Shown: positions 9,508 to 18,995 of the stretch, one piece after another
How the letters are laid out: every line of letters begins with the position of its first letter
How positions within the stretch are numbered: position 1 is the stretch's first letter
Translations under genes and position numbers: made by a program
Notes under the pieces: generated by a model
What the model was told of the DNA's origin: nothing
The model's database searches: none
Seen by the model: only the letters and a program-made list of their open reading frames with translations
IMG/VR virus record: IMGVR_UViG_3300046512_000168
Coordinates: 18,194 to 82,193 of that record
Length of the DNA: 64,000 bases
Source of the DNA: a virus
Direction: 5' to 3' (one strand)

Positions 9508-9536
9508 TTGACAAACACTTAAACATATGTAAAAGT
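9508..9536 (+). promoter_or_regulatory. Early promoter P5
   Basis: TTGACAAACACTTAAACATATGT; box A downstream at 9559. Confidence 0.8.
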
Positions 9537-9581
9537 CAAAAATGAAGGCTACAGGTTTTTGCAACGCGTTGCAGACAGGAG

Positions 9582-10142
9582 ATGGGCATGGCCGAGAATT
9601 TCGACAAGATGTGCGAGGCAGTCATCGATAAGTGCGGGCTCGATGGCGCAATCCCTTGGATCATGATGGCCTCGCTCCTCTACTACCACGCGGACATTTC
9701 CATCCTCACCGATCCATTCTACGACAAGCTTACGCGCGAGCTGCACGGCAACTGGGCCGAGCTGAAACACCCACACAAAGCGCTGATCGACAAGGACGGC
9801 CTGAAAACGGGCAGCCTCTATAACCTGAAGATCGAGAACTATCCGAAGAGCGTGCGCGGCGCGGCCTTCTCTCTCATCACCGGCAAGGGCTTCGGCCTCG
9901 ACGTCAAGAAGCGCGACGCCATCTATTACGCCGACTTCGAGCCACCTGAATATGCCTTCGACACCTATGTCTATGGCGAGCGCAAGGAGACCTGGCGCCA
10001 GTACCAGGCCCGCCTCAATCCGCCGAGCGAGATCGAGCTCGCCGAAGCCGTGATGGCAGCCATCATTCCGCCACCCGAGCCTGAGCCTGTCTTCAATATT
10101 CGCAAGCGCGTCCGGCCGACTAATGAAGGAGTAAGTGCATGA
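9582..10142 (+). CDS. protein with NAD-dependent DNA ligase subdomain Ia-like N-terminus
   Basis: LYYHADISILTDPFYDKLTREL matches the LigA YY-x-D-x-x-ISDxxYDxL pattern; no KxDG adenylation domain; C-terminal IRKRVR. Confidence 0.6.
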   Translation: MGMAENFDKMCEAVIDKCGLDGAIPWIMMASLLYYHADISILTDPFYDKLTRELHGNWAELKHPHKALIDKDGLKTGSLYNLKIENYPKSVRGAAFSLITGKGFGLDVKKRDAIYYADFEPPEYAFDTYVYGERKETWRQYQARLNPPSEIELAEAVMAAIIPPPEPEPVFNIRKRVRPTNEGVSA

Positions 10143-10309
10143 GCGTATTCGCCAAGGACCCCTGGGTTCTGTTCTGGATCGTCCTTGTCATCGTGCTGCT
10201 GATCCGATCCATGTGGAAGAGCAGGGAGCGCACGATCAGGATCAAGGAGCGGGGCTGGCCGCCGAACCATCTCGATGCCAACGGCGACTTCAGGGAAATC
10301 GACGAGTAA
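10139..10309 (+). CDS. small membrane protein
   Basis: MSVFAKDPWVLFWIVLVIVLLIRS... translated by hand; ATGA overlap. Confidence 0.6.
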   Translation: MSVFAKDPWVLFWIVLVIVLLIRSMWKSRERTIRIKERGWPPNHLDANGDFREIDE

Positions 10310-10340
10310 TCCATCCAACCCAGAGAGGGGCAGACGCCAC

Positions 10341-11657
10341 ATGAAACGCGTCAGACACTTTAAGAACCAGAAAACCTACCGGCGGCTCGGCGAAGCACTC
10401 TTCCAGGTGAGCACGACAGATGTACGCCGCGCTCCGCACTTAGCCAGCAGTGAGCACTATGACGGCGAGACCGGCAACTACGTCAAGCAGCGCATCGTCC
10501 GTGACGGCGACCCGGTCGAAGTCTATCAGTCCGAGGAAGAAGGCAAATTCTTCGTGCGCTTCCCCGATGAGATGAACGACGAGGCGCGCTTCATCTCCGA
10601 CGGAGAGACGAACGACAGCGCCCTCTGGGACATGCTCGAAAACCTCTTGCGCGAGGAGGCCATCTCCGATTGGATGAACGACTGCAGGCCTTACGTCGAG
10701 GGCACCCATCTGGCGCGCGACGAGAGACGCGGTCGCATCCGTGCGCTCAAGACCATCCTGCAGACGCAGCGCACCGCCATCCACGCGCCGACTGATATGC
10801 AACCCGTTGCAAGCAAGACCCTCGTGCCGATCAGTGCCGACGGCAAATACGTCTTCATCGACGGGCGCGGCGACGTGCCGATCCTCTACGACTGCGAAGG
10901 CGAGATGACCGACAGCGAGGCGGTCGATCTGATCAACCAGCTCTTTCGTGAAAACGACGTCCGTGATGGAAGCACGTTCACGCATGGGGCGGCGCGCGCC
11001 ATGCTGCAGGGGATGGCCGTTCGGGCTTACAGAGCCGGCCGAGACGACGGCTTCACAAAAGGCTGGAACGCCGCACCGAAGACAGAGGACACTATCCCCA
11101 AGCTGGAGAACTGCGGGCAGTACCTGGCGCGGGACAACACAGGCCAGTGGCATTACATCAATCACGCGAACACCTGGCAGGGATGCCCTGACCCACTCCC
11201 TGACGTGCGCATCGACGACAACCCCGATCACGACGGCACGGATGGGGCGCATCCCGCATGGTGGCGCGGCAATGACCATGGCCTCCATCGCGTCGCGGAC
11301 CTCGTGACCTTCTGGATCACCGAACCTGACATGGGCAAAGTGATGGCCGGCGCCTTCGGTGAGCCGCAGCTCGAACGCCTGCGCGCCTCTGTTATCGATC
11401 TGCGCCATAAGGTGGGTGGATCAGACGAGCGTGCACAGGCAGCATTCGAGCGGGGCTTCGAGGCAGGGGCTACCCGCATCATGAACGCCCGTCCCGACCC
11501 GCTCACTAAGACTGACCTGCGCGACGCGCTGGATTGCTTCTGGAACGCTGCGATCGGCGAGGCCCATCACAAGCAGGACAGCACGGCCTTCGCCGTCGCA
11601 TCGATCATGGCAAGCGGCATACAGGCTATTTCGAACAGCCTGAAGGAGGGCAAATGA
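10341..11657 (+). CDS. mosaic hypothetical protein (DUF1653-like N-terminus)
   Basis: VRHFKNQKTYR...VYQS...FFVRF at the N-terminus. Confidence 0.7.
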   Translation: MKRVRHFKNQKTYRRLGEALFQVSTTDVRRAPHLASSEHYDGETGNYVKQRIVRDGDPVEVYQSEEEGKFFVRFPDEMNDEARFISDGETNDSALWDMLENLLREEAISDWMNDCRPYVEGTHLARDERRGRIRALKTILQTQRTAIHAPTDMQPVASKTLVPISADGKYVFIDGRGDVPILYDCEGEMTDSEAVDLINQLFRENDVRDGSTFTHGAARAMLQGMAVRAYRAGRDDGFTKGWNAAPKTEDTIPKLENCGQYLARDNTGQWHYINHANTWQGCPDPLPDVRIDDNPDHDGTDGAHPAWWRGNDHGLHRVADLVTFWITEPDMGKVMAGAFGEPQLERLRASVIDLRHKVGGSDERAQAAFERGFEAGATRIMNARPDPLTKTDLRDALDCFWNAAIGEAHHKQDSTAFAVASIMASGIQAISNSLKEGK

Positions 11658-11884
11658 CAGAGTGGAACCGAGACATCAGCAGCGCCCCTAGGGTCGGGAA
11701 AATCTGGCTAGCTGTCCAGAACTTCCAAGTCGTCGGCCCGTCCTACTGGGTGGAAAGCCGCCAAGCCTGGGCCGGCCTCGGCAGCAAGGAAGAGCCGATC
11801 GCCTGGTATCCCTACTTCAAGCCGGAGCATCCGGACGCTAAGCCGGTTGAAGAGCCGGCTGTCAGGAAGCGGGTGCGCGCATGA
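11654..11884 (+). CDS. DUF551-like small protein, C-terminal VRKRVRA
   Basis: TEWNRDISSAPR...PIAWYP; AAGGAGG RBS. Confidence 0.65.
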   Translation: MTEWNRDISSAPRVGKIWLAVQNFQVVGPSYWVESRQAWAGLGSKEEPIAWYPYFKPEHPDAKPVEEPAVRKRVRA

Positions 11885-12102
11885 CTATGCCCCTGGAACG
11901 GATTTACGAGCTTGGCGAGGAGATCGTCATGCTTAGCCTGGGCGGCGCGCAGGTCATGCTCATGCTGTCCGACGGCAACGAGACATTCCACGATGCTCGT
12001 TTCGTCGGCTTCCAGCCAGGCGCGATTGTCATCATGCACGCCACGCAGCCGAAGGTCATTCCGTTCCAGGTCATCACCGAACTGGAGATCATGTACGTAT
12101 GA
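11881..12102 (+). CDS. hypothetical protein
   Basis: ATGA overlaps. Confidence 0.6.
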   Translation: MTMPLERIYELGEEIVMLSLGGAQVMLMLSDGNETFHDARFVGFQPGAIVIMHATQPKVIPFQVITELEIMYV

Positions 12103-12341
12103 GGCTCGGCGATATCGATGTGCGGGACCTCGCCAACAGGCTCATGAAGAAGGGCGACAACGTCGAGGCCAGGCGCAGGCAGAAGCGAGACGCAGACAGC
12201 CTAGCATTCGACGCGTCTGCCGGAATGATGGCATCGTCCTTCGTATTCTGGGGGCTATCGCAGGTGCTGACAGACATGGCCGACGCGCATGACGCCGTGC
12301 CACCAGTCAACGGCCGGGCCTTGGACCTTGCAGATGACTAG
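12099..12341 (+). CDS. hypothetical protein, near-C-terminal GRALDL tag
   Basis: Ends VPPVNGRALDLADD. Confidence 0.65.
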   Translation: MRLGDIDVRDLANRLMKKGDNVEARRRQKRDADSLAFDASAGMMASSFVFWGLSQVLTDMADAHDAVPPVNGRALDLADD

Positions 12342-12558
12342 GCGTGAGGTGCACCTGACCCAGGACGAGGTCGTCATGCTGCGCGACGGTATCGTGCCGA
12401 CCAGCCTGCGTGATCGCCTCGCACCGGAGAACAGGCGCACCAAGCGCTGCGAGGCGTGCGGTGGTCATTCCGGGAATGCGTCGGCCACCTGCAAACACTG
12501 CGGCAAGTCCTTCGAGTTGGTGGCGAAACCGTGGCATTGCAGGGTCAAGCGCAAGTGA
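12334..12558 (+). CDS. zinc-ribbon protein
   Basis: CEACG...CKHCG. Confidence 0.65.
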   Translation: MTRREVHLTQDEVVMLRDGIVPTSLRDRLAPENRRTKRCEACGGHSGNASATCKHCGKSFELVAKPWHCRVKRK

Positions 12559-12586
12559 TTTTGCAACGCGTTGCAACGTATATTTG

Positions 12587-12615
12587 TTGACAAACACTTA
12601 GATATGTAGGATATT
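12587..12615 (+). promoter_or_regulatory. Early promoter P6
   Basis: TTGACA-N17-GATATT; box A at 12561. Confidence 0.85.
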
Positions 12616-12650
12616 TTATTATCAACAAGGGGAGACGGGAAATGCGGACG

Positions 12651-12833
12651 ATGGCGAAAATGACCTTCCAGAAGGGCGACGAGACCTTCTCCAGCGAGGG
12701 TAACTTTAACGAGCAGTGCAACGCGGCCGAGGAGCACTTTGGCGTCTCTCGTCGCGAAGGCGAATGGAACATGCTGGGCCTGCTTATGGTCTGGTACTTC
12801 ATGGACGAAATCGAAGACTGCATGGCGGATTGA
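12651..12833 (+). CDS. hypothetical protein
   Basis: First ORF after P6. Confidence 0.55.
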   Translation: MAKMTFQKGDETFSSEGNFNEQCNAAEEHFGVSRREGEWNMLGLLMVWYFMDEIEDCMAD

Positions 12834-13453
12834 TGAACCAGCGCGTCCAGCCCCATGTCTTGTCAGTCACCCCGCTGGAGCAGGAGCCCCGGCGGGCGAT
12901 GGACCTCTGCGAAGAGGAGCTGGTGCGGGACGGGCGCGAAAAGCTGCTTGACCTCACCAAGCGCGAGCTGATCCTCATGATCGAGGCGCTGGAGGGGCAG
13001 AACGAACGCTTCAAGCAATACATCGCGCAGTACGAGGCGATCCAGGTCAATGACCGTGAGGAGAAGCACAATCTCCGGACGGCGGGCGTCGCGCTCAAGC
13101 ACAAGATCGAAGAGCTGGAGCGCACCACGGTTGACACGGCAGACGCACGTTTCATTCTCAGGAACCTAATCTATTCGCTGCTGCACACCGTCCATGTTCT
13201 GCCAGAGGGCGAGCGAACGCGGCCGGCAATGCTGGCTATTAGGCGCATCGAGCATCAGGTCTACAAGACGGCCTTCGTGCTGCGGTGGCTCGAAAGCGAT
13301 ATGGACCTTGCCTGCGCCATATGGCAACTCTGCAAGTGGGCCTGCTACCTGCCGCGCGAGACGTCCAATATCTACCGGGCATGGGCGCGCGCCGACGAGG
13401 ACTGCATGCCGACCCTTCTCACCGAGATCATTCTACGGGACACAAAAGTATGA
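12833..13453 (+). CDS. coiled-coil hypothetical protein
   Basis: TGATG coupling; heptad-like segment; N-proximal PRRAMDL. Confidence 0.7.
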   Translation: MNQRVQPHVLSVTPLEQEPRRAMDLCEEELVRDGREKLLDLTKRELILMIEALEGQNERFKQYIAQYEAIQVNDREEKHNLRTAGVALKHKIEELERTTVDTADARFILRNLIYSLLHTVHVLPEGERTRPAMLAIRRIEHQVYKTAFVLRWLESDMDLACAIWQLCKWACYLPRETSNIYRAWARADEDCMPTLLTEIILRDTKV

Positions 13454-14232
13454 CTGACCCGCGCAGCCTTTGGAAACGCCTCAAGGACTTTCTGTTCAAG
13501 GAACCGAACATCATAGCCGGAAGCACGATGCAACGGGTTATCGGAGGCTTGCGCGACGGCGAAGTCGCAGTCCATCTGTCGCGGCCAGACCAGCGTATAA
13601 AGGGCGAGCCCGGTCATCGCATCAAGGACAGCGATTTGCGGCCTTTCGGGACACCTGGGCATTTATACTATGACCCAGCCGCTATGCAGTGGATGGTCTT
13701 CATGCGCGATGGCAGCACGCGTGAGTTCGAATGGGACGATGCCAGCAGCGCCTGGAACTGCGTCGTGGCCGAGCGAGAGGCCATAGATCGCCAGCCTGCG
13801 GTAGCGGCCGAACCAGTCGCGCCAGCCGTCGGCACGGTTTACGCGGTAGCGGGACCTAACAGCTCCGTTGCGTGGGAGCTTGTCAATTCCGACAGGACGG
13901 TCACTCGGTACCAGAACCAGATCGACGCGCTGAATGCGAGGAACCAGCAACGCGTAGCTGACCCAAGGCATAGCCATTCTGTCTTCGACCCAGGGCATAG
14001 CCACGCCATAACCCCTATAATCCACGTAGGCGTCGACGTAGGCACCCGAGACGAGAGCGTCGTTATAGAGAACATGAACACCATGCTCGACGCAGAAATG
14101 CGCCGCTACCTGACGACACGGGCGCGCAACATGGCCGGCAGGCAGGTCGAGACGGTGACCGTGAACGTGCCCGCTCCATCAGAGCCGAACATCCTGGCCG
14201 GTAGGAAGCGCGTGCTCGATCTCGGAGAATAA
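13450..14232 (+). CDS. hypothetical protein with DP[RG]HSH repeat, C-terminal RKRVLDLGE
   Basis: ATGA overlap; DPRHSHSVFDPGHSHA. Confidence 0.7.
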   Translation: MTDPRSLWKRLKDFLFKEPNIIAGSTMQRVIGGLRDGEVAVHLSRPDQRIKGEPGHRIKDSDLRPFGTPGHLYYDPAAMQWMVFMRDGSTREFEWDDASSAWNCVVAEREAIDRQPAVAAEPVAPAVGTVYAVAGPNSSVAWELVNSDRTVTRYQNQIDALNARNQQRVADPRHSHSVFDPGHSHAITPIIHVGVDVGTRDESVVIENMNTMLDAEMRRYLTTRARNMAGRQVETVTVNVPAPSEPNILAGRKRVLDLGE

Positions 14233-14254
14233 TTTGCAACGCGTTGCATTTTGA

Positions 14255-14283
14255 TTGACAAACACTTGTATATGTACAACAGT
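14255..14283 (+). promoter_or_regulatory. Early promoter P7
   Basis: TTGACAAACACTTGTATATGTAC; box A at 14234. Confidence 0.8.
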
Positions 14284-14311
14284 ACATTATGAGAATTGCG
14301 GAGAGCTGAAC

Positions 14312-15673
14312 GTGCTGCGACTGGAAGTGGGCAAATACTACTGGAACAAAGAAGGGCACGTCCGGGGCCCAATATCGCGTGGCGATGACCCGATGTACCC
14401 ATTCGCAGACCCGGCCGGTTACTCCTACACCGGCGACGGGAAATTCGTCATCGGTCTCGACGACGAGGATGACAATCTTGTGGAGGAGGTCACGCATTTC
14501 AGACTCCTCTCGACGAACGGTTTCCTCTATCGAACGGCCGGAGCGATCTACAGGACCGTGAGCCACGGCTTGAGCCCGGACGATCTGCCTGCGGTAAACT
14601 TTCATGGCGAGCAGACTGCGCAGCTCCTGTGGGCCTACCTCACGGATATCGAATGGTGCAAGGCTCCAGCGGAACGCGCCAGGGTAGGCGACACCGTCAT
14701 GTGCACGCAGACCAACGACGTAGGCGCGCTCGTTCTGCAGGGCGAATACACAGTCAAAGAAGCGGTAGCGACACCAGACATGACGCGCGTCCTGGTCGAG
14801 GACTGGCGGGGCTCGCGATGGTGGCTGTTTAACGATGGCCATCCGCACACTCCGCAATACGAGCTCCTGGTAAACCGGCGCCGCCCACCAAACCCGACGT
14901 TGCCGGCATCGGTGGCGATCAAGCGCGGTGACATGGTGCGTGCCCTTTCGACACGGTACGACTTTACGGCAGGTATGCTCTATGAAGTGATACGCTTCAG
15001 CAAGGACGGTCTCAAGGTCCGCGTGCTTAACGACAAGGGCGAAGACGACTGGCTGTACATCGGCGCCGACACGGGGGCGAGCTTCGTCGGCTGCGAGCTG
15101 GCACAGAGTTTAGCAGGGCCACCAACATTCTCGCCGTCCCGCACATACGACGAATACCTGCAGGAAGGCTGCACCTGCCATCATCCTCCACACATTGCTC
15201 CGTGCTCGTCCTGCACCAACAAGCTGTCCGAGGAAGAATGGCTAGCCGAAGAGAAGGCGGAACACGAGGCTGCCGAGCAGAAGAGCACCCGCGAGGCCGA
15301 GCTGCTGAAGGCGTATAAGCACGAAAGGACCGCCGAGCTGCTGCGCGACGTCATGTTCTCGGACGACATGAAAATGGTCAGCCAGACGATTAAGGACAAG
15401 ATCGAGGCCGTCTTCGATCGGCTCATCCACGATCAGGAATTCGAGAAGAAGCGCAAGGACTACGACAATGCGCGCGCCGTCTACACCCAGCACCTCAACC
15501 AGGCGAACACGTTGCAGGAGAAGAAGCGCGAGCTGACGGCCGAGATCGAAATCCTCTCCAATCGCAAGTCTCAGTTCGAGAAGGAGGTCATAGACCTACA
15601 GAACCGCATCCTTATGCTGCGCGATGAGCTGCCGATCGAGACGACGTCCAACGGAAGGAAAATTCAGCTATGA
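14312..15673 (+). CDS. multidomain protein with C-terminal coiled coil and GRKIQL tag
   Basis: GTG start after GGAGAG; CTCH...PCSSC cluster; coiled-coil C-terminus. Confidence 0.75.
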   Translation: MLRLEVGKYYWNKEGHVRGPISRGDDPMYPFADPAGYSYTGDGKFVIGLDDEDDNLVEEVTHFRLLSTNGFLYRTAGAIYRTVSHGLSPDDLPAVNFHGEQTAQLLWAYLTDIEWCKAPAERARVGDTVMCTQTNDVGALVLQGEYTVKEAVATPDMTRVLVEDWRGSRWWLFNDGHPHTPQYELLVNRRRPPNPTLPASVAIKRGDMVRALSTRYDFTAGMLYEVIRFSKDGLKVRVLNDKGEDDWLYIGADTGASFVGCELAQSLAGPPTFSPSRTYDEYLQEGCTCHHPPHIAPCSSCTNKLSEEEWLAEEKAEHEAAEQKSTREAELLKAYKHERTAELLRDVMFSDDMKMVSQTIKDKIEAVFDRLIHDQEFEKKRKDYDNARAVYTQHLNQANTLQEKKRELTAEIEILSNRKSQFEKEVIDLQNRILMLRDELPIETTSNGRKIQL

Positions 15674-15978
15674 GCGTCTATGTCGATCGAACGCGCTACA
15701 GGCTCGGCCGTATGAAGACATGCCACATGATGGCAGACACGGTCGAGGAGCTGCACGATATGGCCCGTAAAGTCGGATCGAAGCGCGACTGGTTTCAGGT
15801 GTCGCGCACCGGCGTCCCGCATTACGACTTGCCGATCTTCCGCCGCATCCAGGCAGTGCAACTGGGTGCAATCGAAATATCGGGGAAAGAATGCGCGATC
15901 CTGCAGAAGCGTCTAAGAGGTCTCGACGCCAACGCGAAACCTACATATGATGCCGGCGTTAAAAAGGAACTGGAATGA
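15670..15978 (+). CDS. DUF4031 family protein
   Basis: VYVD...CHMMADTVEELHDMA...WFQ...PHYDL. Confidence 0.8.
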   Translation: MSVYVDRTRYRLGRMKTCHMMADTVEELHDMARKVGSKRDWFQVSRTGVPHYDLPIFRRIQAVQLGAIEISGKECAILQKRLRGLDANAKPTYDAGVKKELE

Positions 15979-16313
15979 CCGATCACCCGAAAGACTTGTG
16001 CGAGTGCGACCACAGACGCTCGCTGCATAAGGCCGGCACAGGCCCGTGCGCGCATCGCCATACGCCGCCTTGCACAGGCTTTCGGCTGAAGGAGGCCCAC
16101 GTCATCTTGTCACGGCCGGCGCTCGTGCTGCTGCACGACCTAGTCGAGACCAACGAACCGCTGGCCGCCGTGGACCAGGCTGTCGTGACGGAGCTGATCG
16201 AGGAGGGGTACATCACCTATTACACCACCCATGCCGCAACGTGGCTGGCGATCACCAAGGTCGGGCTCGCCTACGCCAAGGACAACGCAATCAACGGAGA
16301 GACCCATGACTGA
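15975..16313 (+). CDS. hypothetical protein (Cys/His N-terminus)
   Basis: CECDH...PC...CTGF. Confidence 0.65.
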   Translation: MTDHPKDLCECDHRRSLHKAGTGPCAHRHTPPCTGFRLKEAHVILSRPALVLLHDLVETNEPLAAVDQAVVTELIEEGYITYYTTHAATWLAITKVGLAYAKDNAINGETHD

Positions 16314-16596
16314 CGAAAATGAACAGGCCGTGCGTCCGCGCACGAAGGTAACCAGACCGGAAGGCGCGACCGACGCCCCGGCCGGCAAGCAGGTCCTGCT
16401 GCTCGCGCTCGGTCATCTCTACCTCGGAATGTCCAAGGAGAACGTCGAGCTCCTGGTGGCCGATCGATACAAAATCGAAGTGCCTGACGCGCCGGAGCTG
16501 GAGCACCGCTGGATGCGCCCGGACGATCTCGACAAGAACATCTATTGCGAGGCAAACGACAAGGCCGCGACCCCGGTCACCGCACTGATCATCTAA
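16306..16596 (+). CDS. hypothetical protein
   Basis: GGAG RBS. Confidence 0.65.
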   Translation: MTDENEQAVRPRTKVTRPEGATDAPAGKQVLLLALGHLYLGMSKENVELLVADRYKIEVPDAPELEHRWMRPDDLDKNIYCEANDKAATPVTALII

Positions 16597-16634
16597 TTAG
16601 AACTGCTGCCGGGTGCCTCGTACCGGCAGTCGTA

Positions 16635-16671
16635 GGGGAGGGTGTCCGCCGCATGCACCCTCCCCATTTTT
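16635..16671 (+). terminator. Rho-independent terminator
   Basis: GGGGAGGGTG...CACCCTCCCC followed by ATTTTT. Confidence 0.8.
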
Positions 16672-16704
16672 GTGTCTTTTGCAACGCGTTGCAACGGAAT
16701 GTAT

Positions 16705-16733
16705 TTGACAAACACTTAGATATGTAGGATAGT
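16705..16733 (+). promoter_or_regulatory. Early promoter P8
   Basis: TTGACA-N17-GATAGT; box A at 16679. Confidence 0.85.
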
Positions 16734-16765
16734 AAATAGAAGGCAGCACCAGTAGGGGCAGAAAA

Positions 16766-16972
16766 ATGGAGCAGAAAGTCTACGATCCACGCGATCCGAC
16801 CCAGAAGGTCGATGATCCCGCGACATGGAAAGTCACACGCAACCCAGCACTAATAGCCGCGCATTTTGGGCGAGGCATGGCGCACAGCCTGGCACCACTC
16901 AGCGCCAGGTTCTGGAAGGATGTCGAGGCGTCGGCCAATTATTGCGACCAGCCGACGACGATGGTGTTCTGA
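16766..16972 (+). CDS. stand-alone fragment resembling a phage tail tip (J-like) segment
   Basis: KVYDPRD...DDPATW...NPAL...ASANYCDQ. Confidence 0.6.
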   Translation: MEQKVYDPRDPTQKVDDPATWKVTRNPALIAAHFGRGMAHSLAPLSARFWKDVEASANYCDQPTTMVF

Positions 16973-17496
16973 TGACGGCAACAGTTGTGCAGGCCATGCA
17001 GCATCGGTGCCCGACATGCGGCGCGAAGCCAAGCAAATGCTGCTCTGGGAGTGGCTACCACCGGCGCGATAAGGCGCACCCAGAACGCATCGCCGTTGCC
17101 CAGGCCCAAATGGACAGGCCGTCCGTCAGGAGAACCGTGTTCGGCAAGGCGACCAACCTGCGCATCGACGCGCAGTACCTTGCCGACCGTGCTATCGCGC
17201 TGGAGCGGGCAGGCTACCCGAAATCGAAGTGGATTGGCTTCTGCGAATTGATGCTGACCTATGACCTCACGGTGGAATTATACGAGGCCCGCCAGACTGT
17301 TTCCAAATACGTCACGTTGACGAACGGAAACGGCCGGCGATACAAGGTCCGCTTCTCGAACCATAGGCCCATTCACGCACGAGAGCTGGGCGGCGATTGC
17401 GACTTCTTCGTGGGGGTGACCAATCTCCGCGTCACCACGACAGAGCACGCCGTTGCGGCGGCATTGGCGCATTTTGGGCTGAGAGAGGCGGCATGA
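16972..17496 (+). CDS. hypothetical protein with N-terminal zinc finger
   Basis: CPTCGAKP...C...H. Confidence 0.7.
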   Translation: MTATVVQAMQHRCPTCGAKPSKCCSGSGYHRRDKAHPERIAVAQAQMDRPSVRRTVFGKATNLRIDAQYLADRAIALERAGYPKSKWIGFCELMLTYDLTVELYEARQTVSKYVTLTNGNGRRYKVRFSNHRPIHARELGGDCDFFVGVTNLRVTTTEHAVAAALAHFGLREAA

Positions 17497-18140
17497 GCAG
17501 CGATAACCCAGACTACATGAACGCCGTCCATACGTATCAGCTCTCTGACGGCCGATCAGTAACGCTTACGGAAGGACAGCACACGCTGCTGCACATGATC
17601 GTCGACGGCAGAGGGCCGAAAGGTTGGGCCGGCCGGCAGGACGCCGACACGCTTCTGCGCAACTACCTGACCTACGGCGCATTCGAGCCGACGCCTGAGC
17701 AGTTCAAGGCCTACCGCGAGAAGCGGGACGCGTTGGTGACCTCAATCGAGGTGGAGGACGCGCAGACGGGATACGCCAACGTCTCCTTGCCAAAGTTGTT
17801 TGGCGATATGCGCAGCCAGGTGCTGGAACTGTGTGCAGATGCCCGCATGAACCCTAGCGCGCTGAAGCTGATGTTTGAGGAGCTGCGGCGCAGGCTAGCA
17901 GTCGTGCACAGCCAGGACGTGATCGCGACAATGACGGCGCAGAGGGAGCTGGAAGCGGCACAGCAGGAAAAGGTGTTCGCGCAGAACGAAACGGAAAAGG
18001 CACGCCGAGCACAGGCTGAATACCGTACGCGCGCGCTTGAAGACCAGGCGCTGATCGAGGTCCTGGAACGGCGCATTGCAGCCTTGCGGGAAGAACTGCC
18101 GGAGGAAGTCTCCGCTGGCGGAAGGGCGATCCAGCTATGA
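17493..18140 (+). CDS. coiled-coil protein, C-terminal GRAIQL tag
   Basis: GAGG RBS, ATGA overlaps. Confidence 0.75.
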   Translation: MSSDNPDYMNAVHTYQLSDGRSVTLTEGQHTLLHMIVDGRGPKGWAGRQDADTLLRNYLTYGAFEPTPEQFKAYREKRDALVTSIEVEDAQTGYANVSLPKLFGDMRSQVLELCADARMNPSALKLMFEELRRRLAVVHSQDVIATMTAQRELEAAQQEKVFAQNETEKARRAQAEYRTRALEDQALIEVLERRIAALREELPEEVSAGGRAIQL

Positions 18141-18538
18141 GCGATTTCTTTTACCGGACGCACCCACAGGCCTCGGTGCGCGCGGCTGCGCTGGCGCGCT
18201 GGACGATCGGCAAGAAGACGATCCAGTCACAGCTACCGGTTAACTTCCCAGGCTACGAAAAGGTTGGTATCGACAGTCTGCAGTACCGCTGCAGCTCATG
18301 CAACGAGCTGCAGGAGGATAGATACTTCGCCGGCGAGGTGACGCTCATGGAGAATGGCGACTTTCGCGTTCTGGCTGTAGGAGCCTGCCCGGACTGCGAG
18401 CAGGGCGCTTGGTGCGCCTGGAAGGTCCGTTACGAAGCCGACACCGGAGAGCTTGTCATGCTCGACGCGCTGAAGGATTATCCCATGCCGGTACGCGAGG
18501 ACGGGACGAGAGTGAGGGCGATCGATGTCGGCGACTGA
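18137..18538 (+). CDS. zinc-binding hypothetical protein, C-terminal RAIDVGD
   Basis: CSSC...CPDC. Confidence 0.7.
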   Translation: MSDFFYRTHPQASVRAAALARWTIGKKTIQSQLPVNFPGYEKVGIDSLQYRCSSCNELQEDRYFAGEVTLMENGDFRVLAVGACPDCEQGAWCAWKVRYEADTGELVMLDALKDYPMPVREDGTRVRAIDVGD

Positions 18539-18995
18539 TGAGCCCGTCTGCATCCGCAACTGGCGCACAAGCTGGGAAGCGCACGAAGCCAAGGTCAAAA
18601 GCCAGAAATCCTGGCGCGTGATCGAGCTCGACTTCATGACGGCAGCGCGCATTGTGTGCCGCTCTGGGTTAGGCATTTCTGCGCAGGCAAGTCCGAGCCA
18701 CTACTGCAACCTCCGTAGCTCGTTCCTGGGCGGGGCTATGGAAGACGAGTGGCATATGGACGGCACACTGCCGACGAGCTTCGAAGTCATGGTGTTTCTG
18801 CCGGAAGGTGTCTCAAATCTGTGGATACACCATGACCTGATACCTGACGGACTCGATCAGCCCGGAGGGTGGGTATCGATCGAGGCTATCGAGGAGACGA
18901 TCCGCCGAAATGGCGGATGGGTGGCCGACCCGGAACCGCCGAAGCCAACCACGTCGAACATCCTGGTGTTAAGGCCGAGAAGGCTCGATCTCTGA
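18525..18995 (+). CDS. hypothetical protein, C-terminal PRRLDL tag
   Basis: ISAQASPSHYC; ends PEPPKPTTSNILVLRPRRLDL. Confidence 0.7.
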   Translation: MSATDEPVCIRNWRTSWEAHEAKVKSQKSWRVIELDFMTAARIVCRSGLGISAQASPSHYCNLRSSFLGGAMEDEWHMDGTLPTSFEVMVFLPEGVSNLWIHHDLIPDGLDQPGGWVSIEAIEETIRRNGGWVADPEPPKPTTSNILVLRPRRLDL

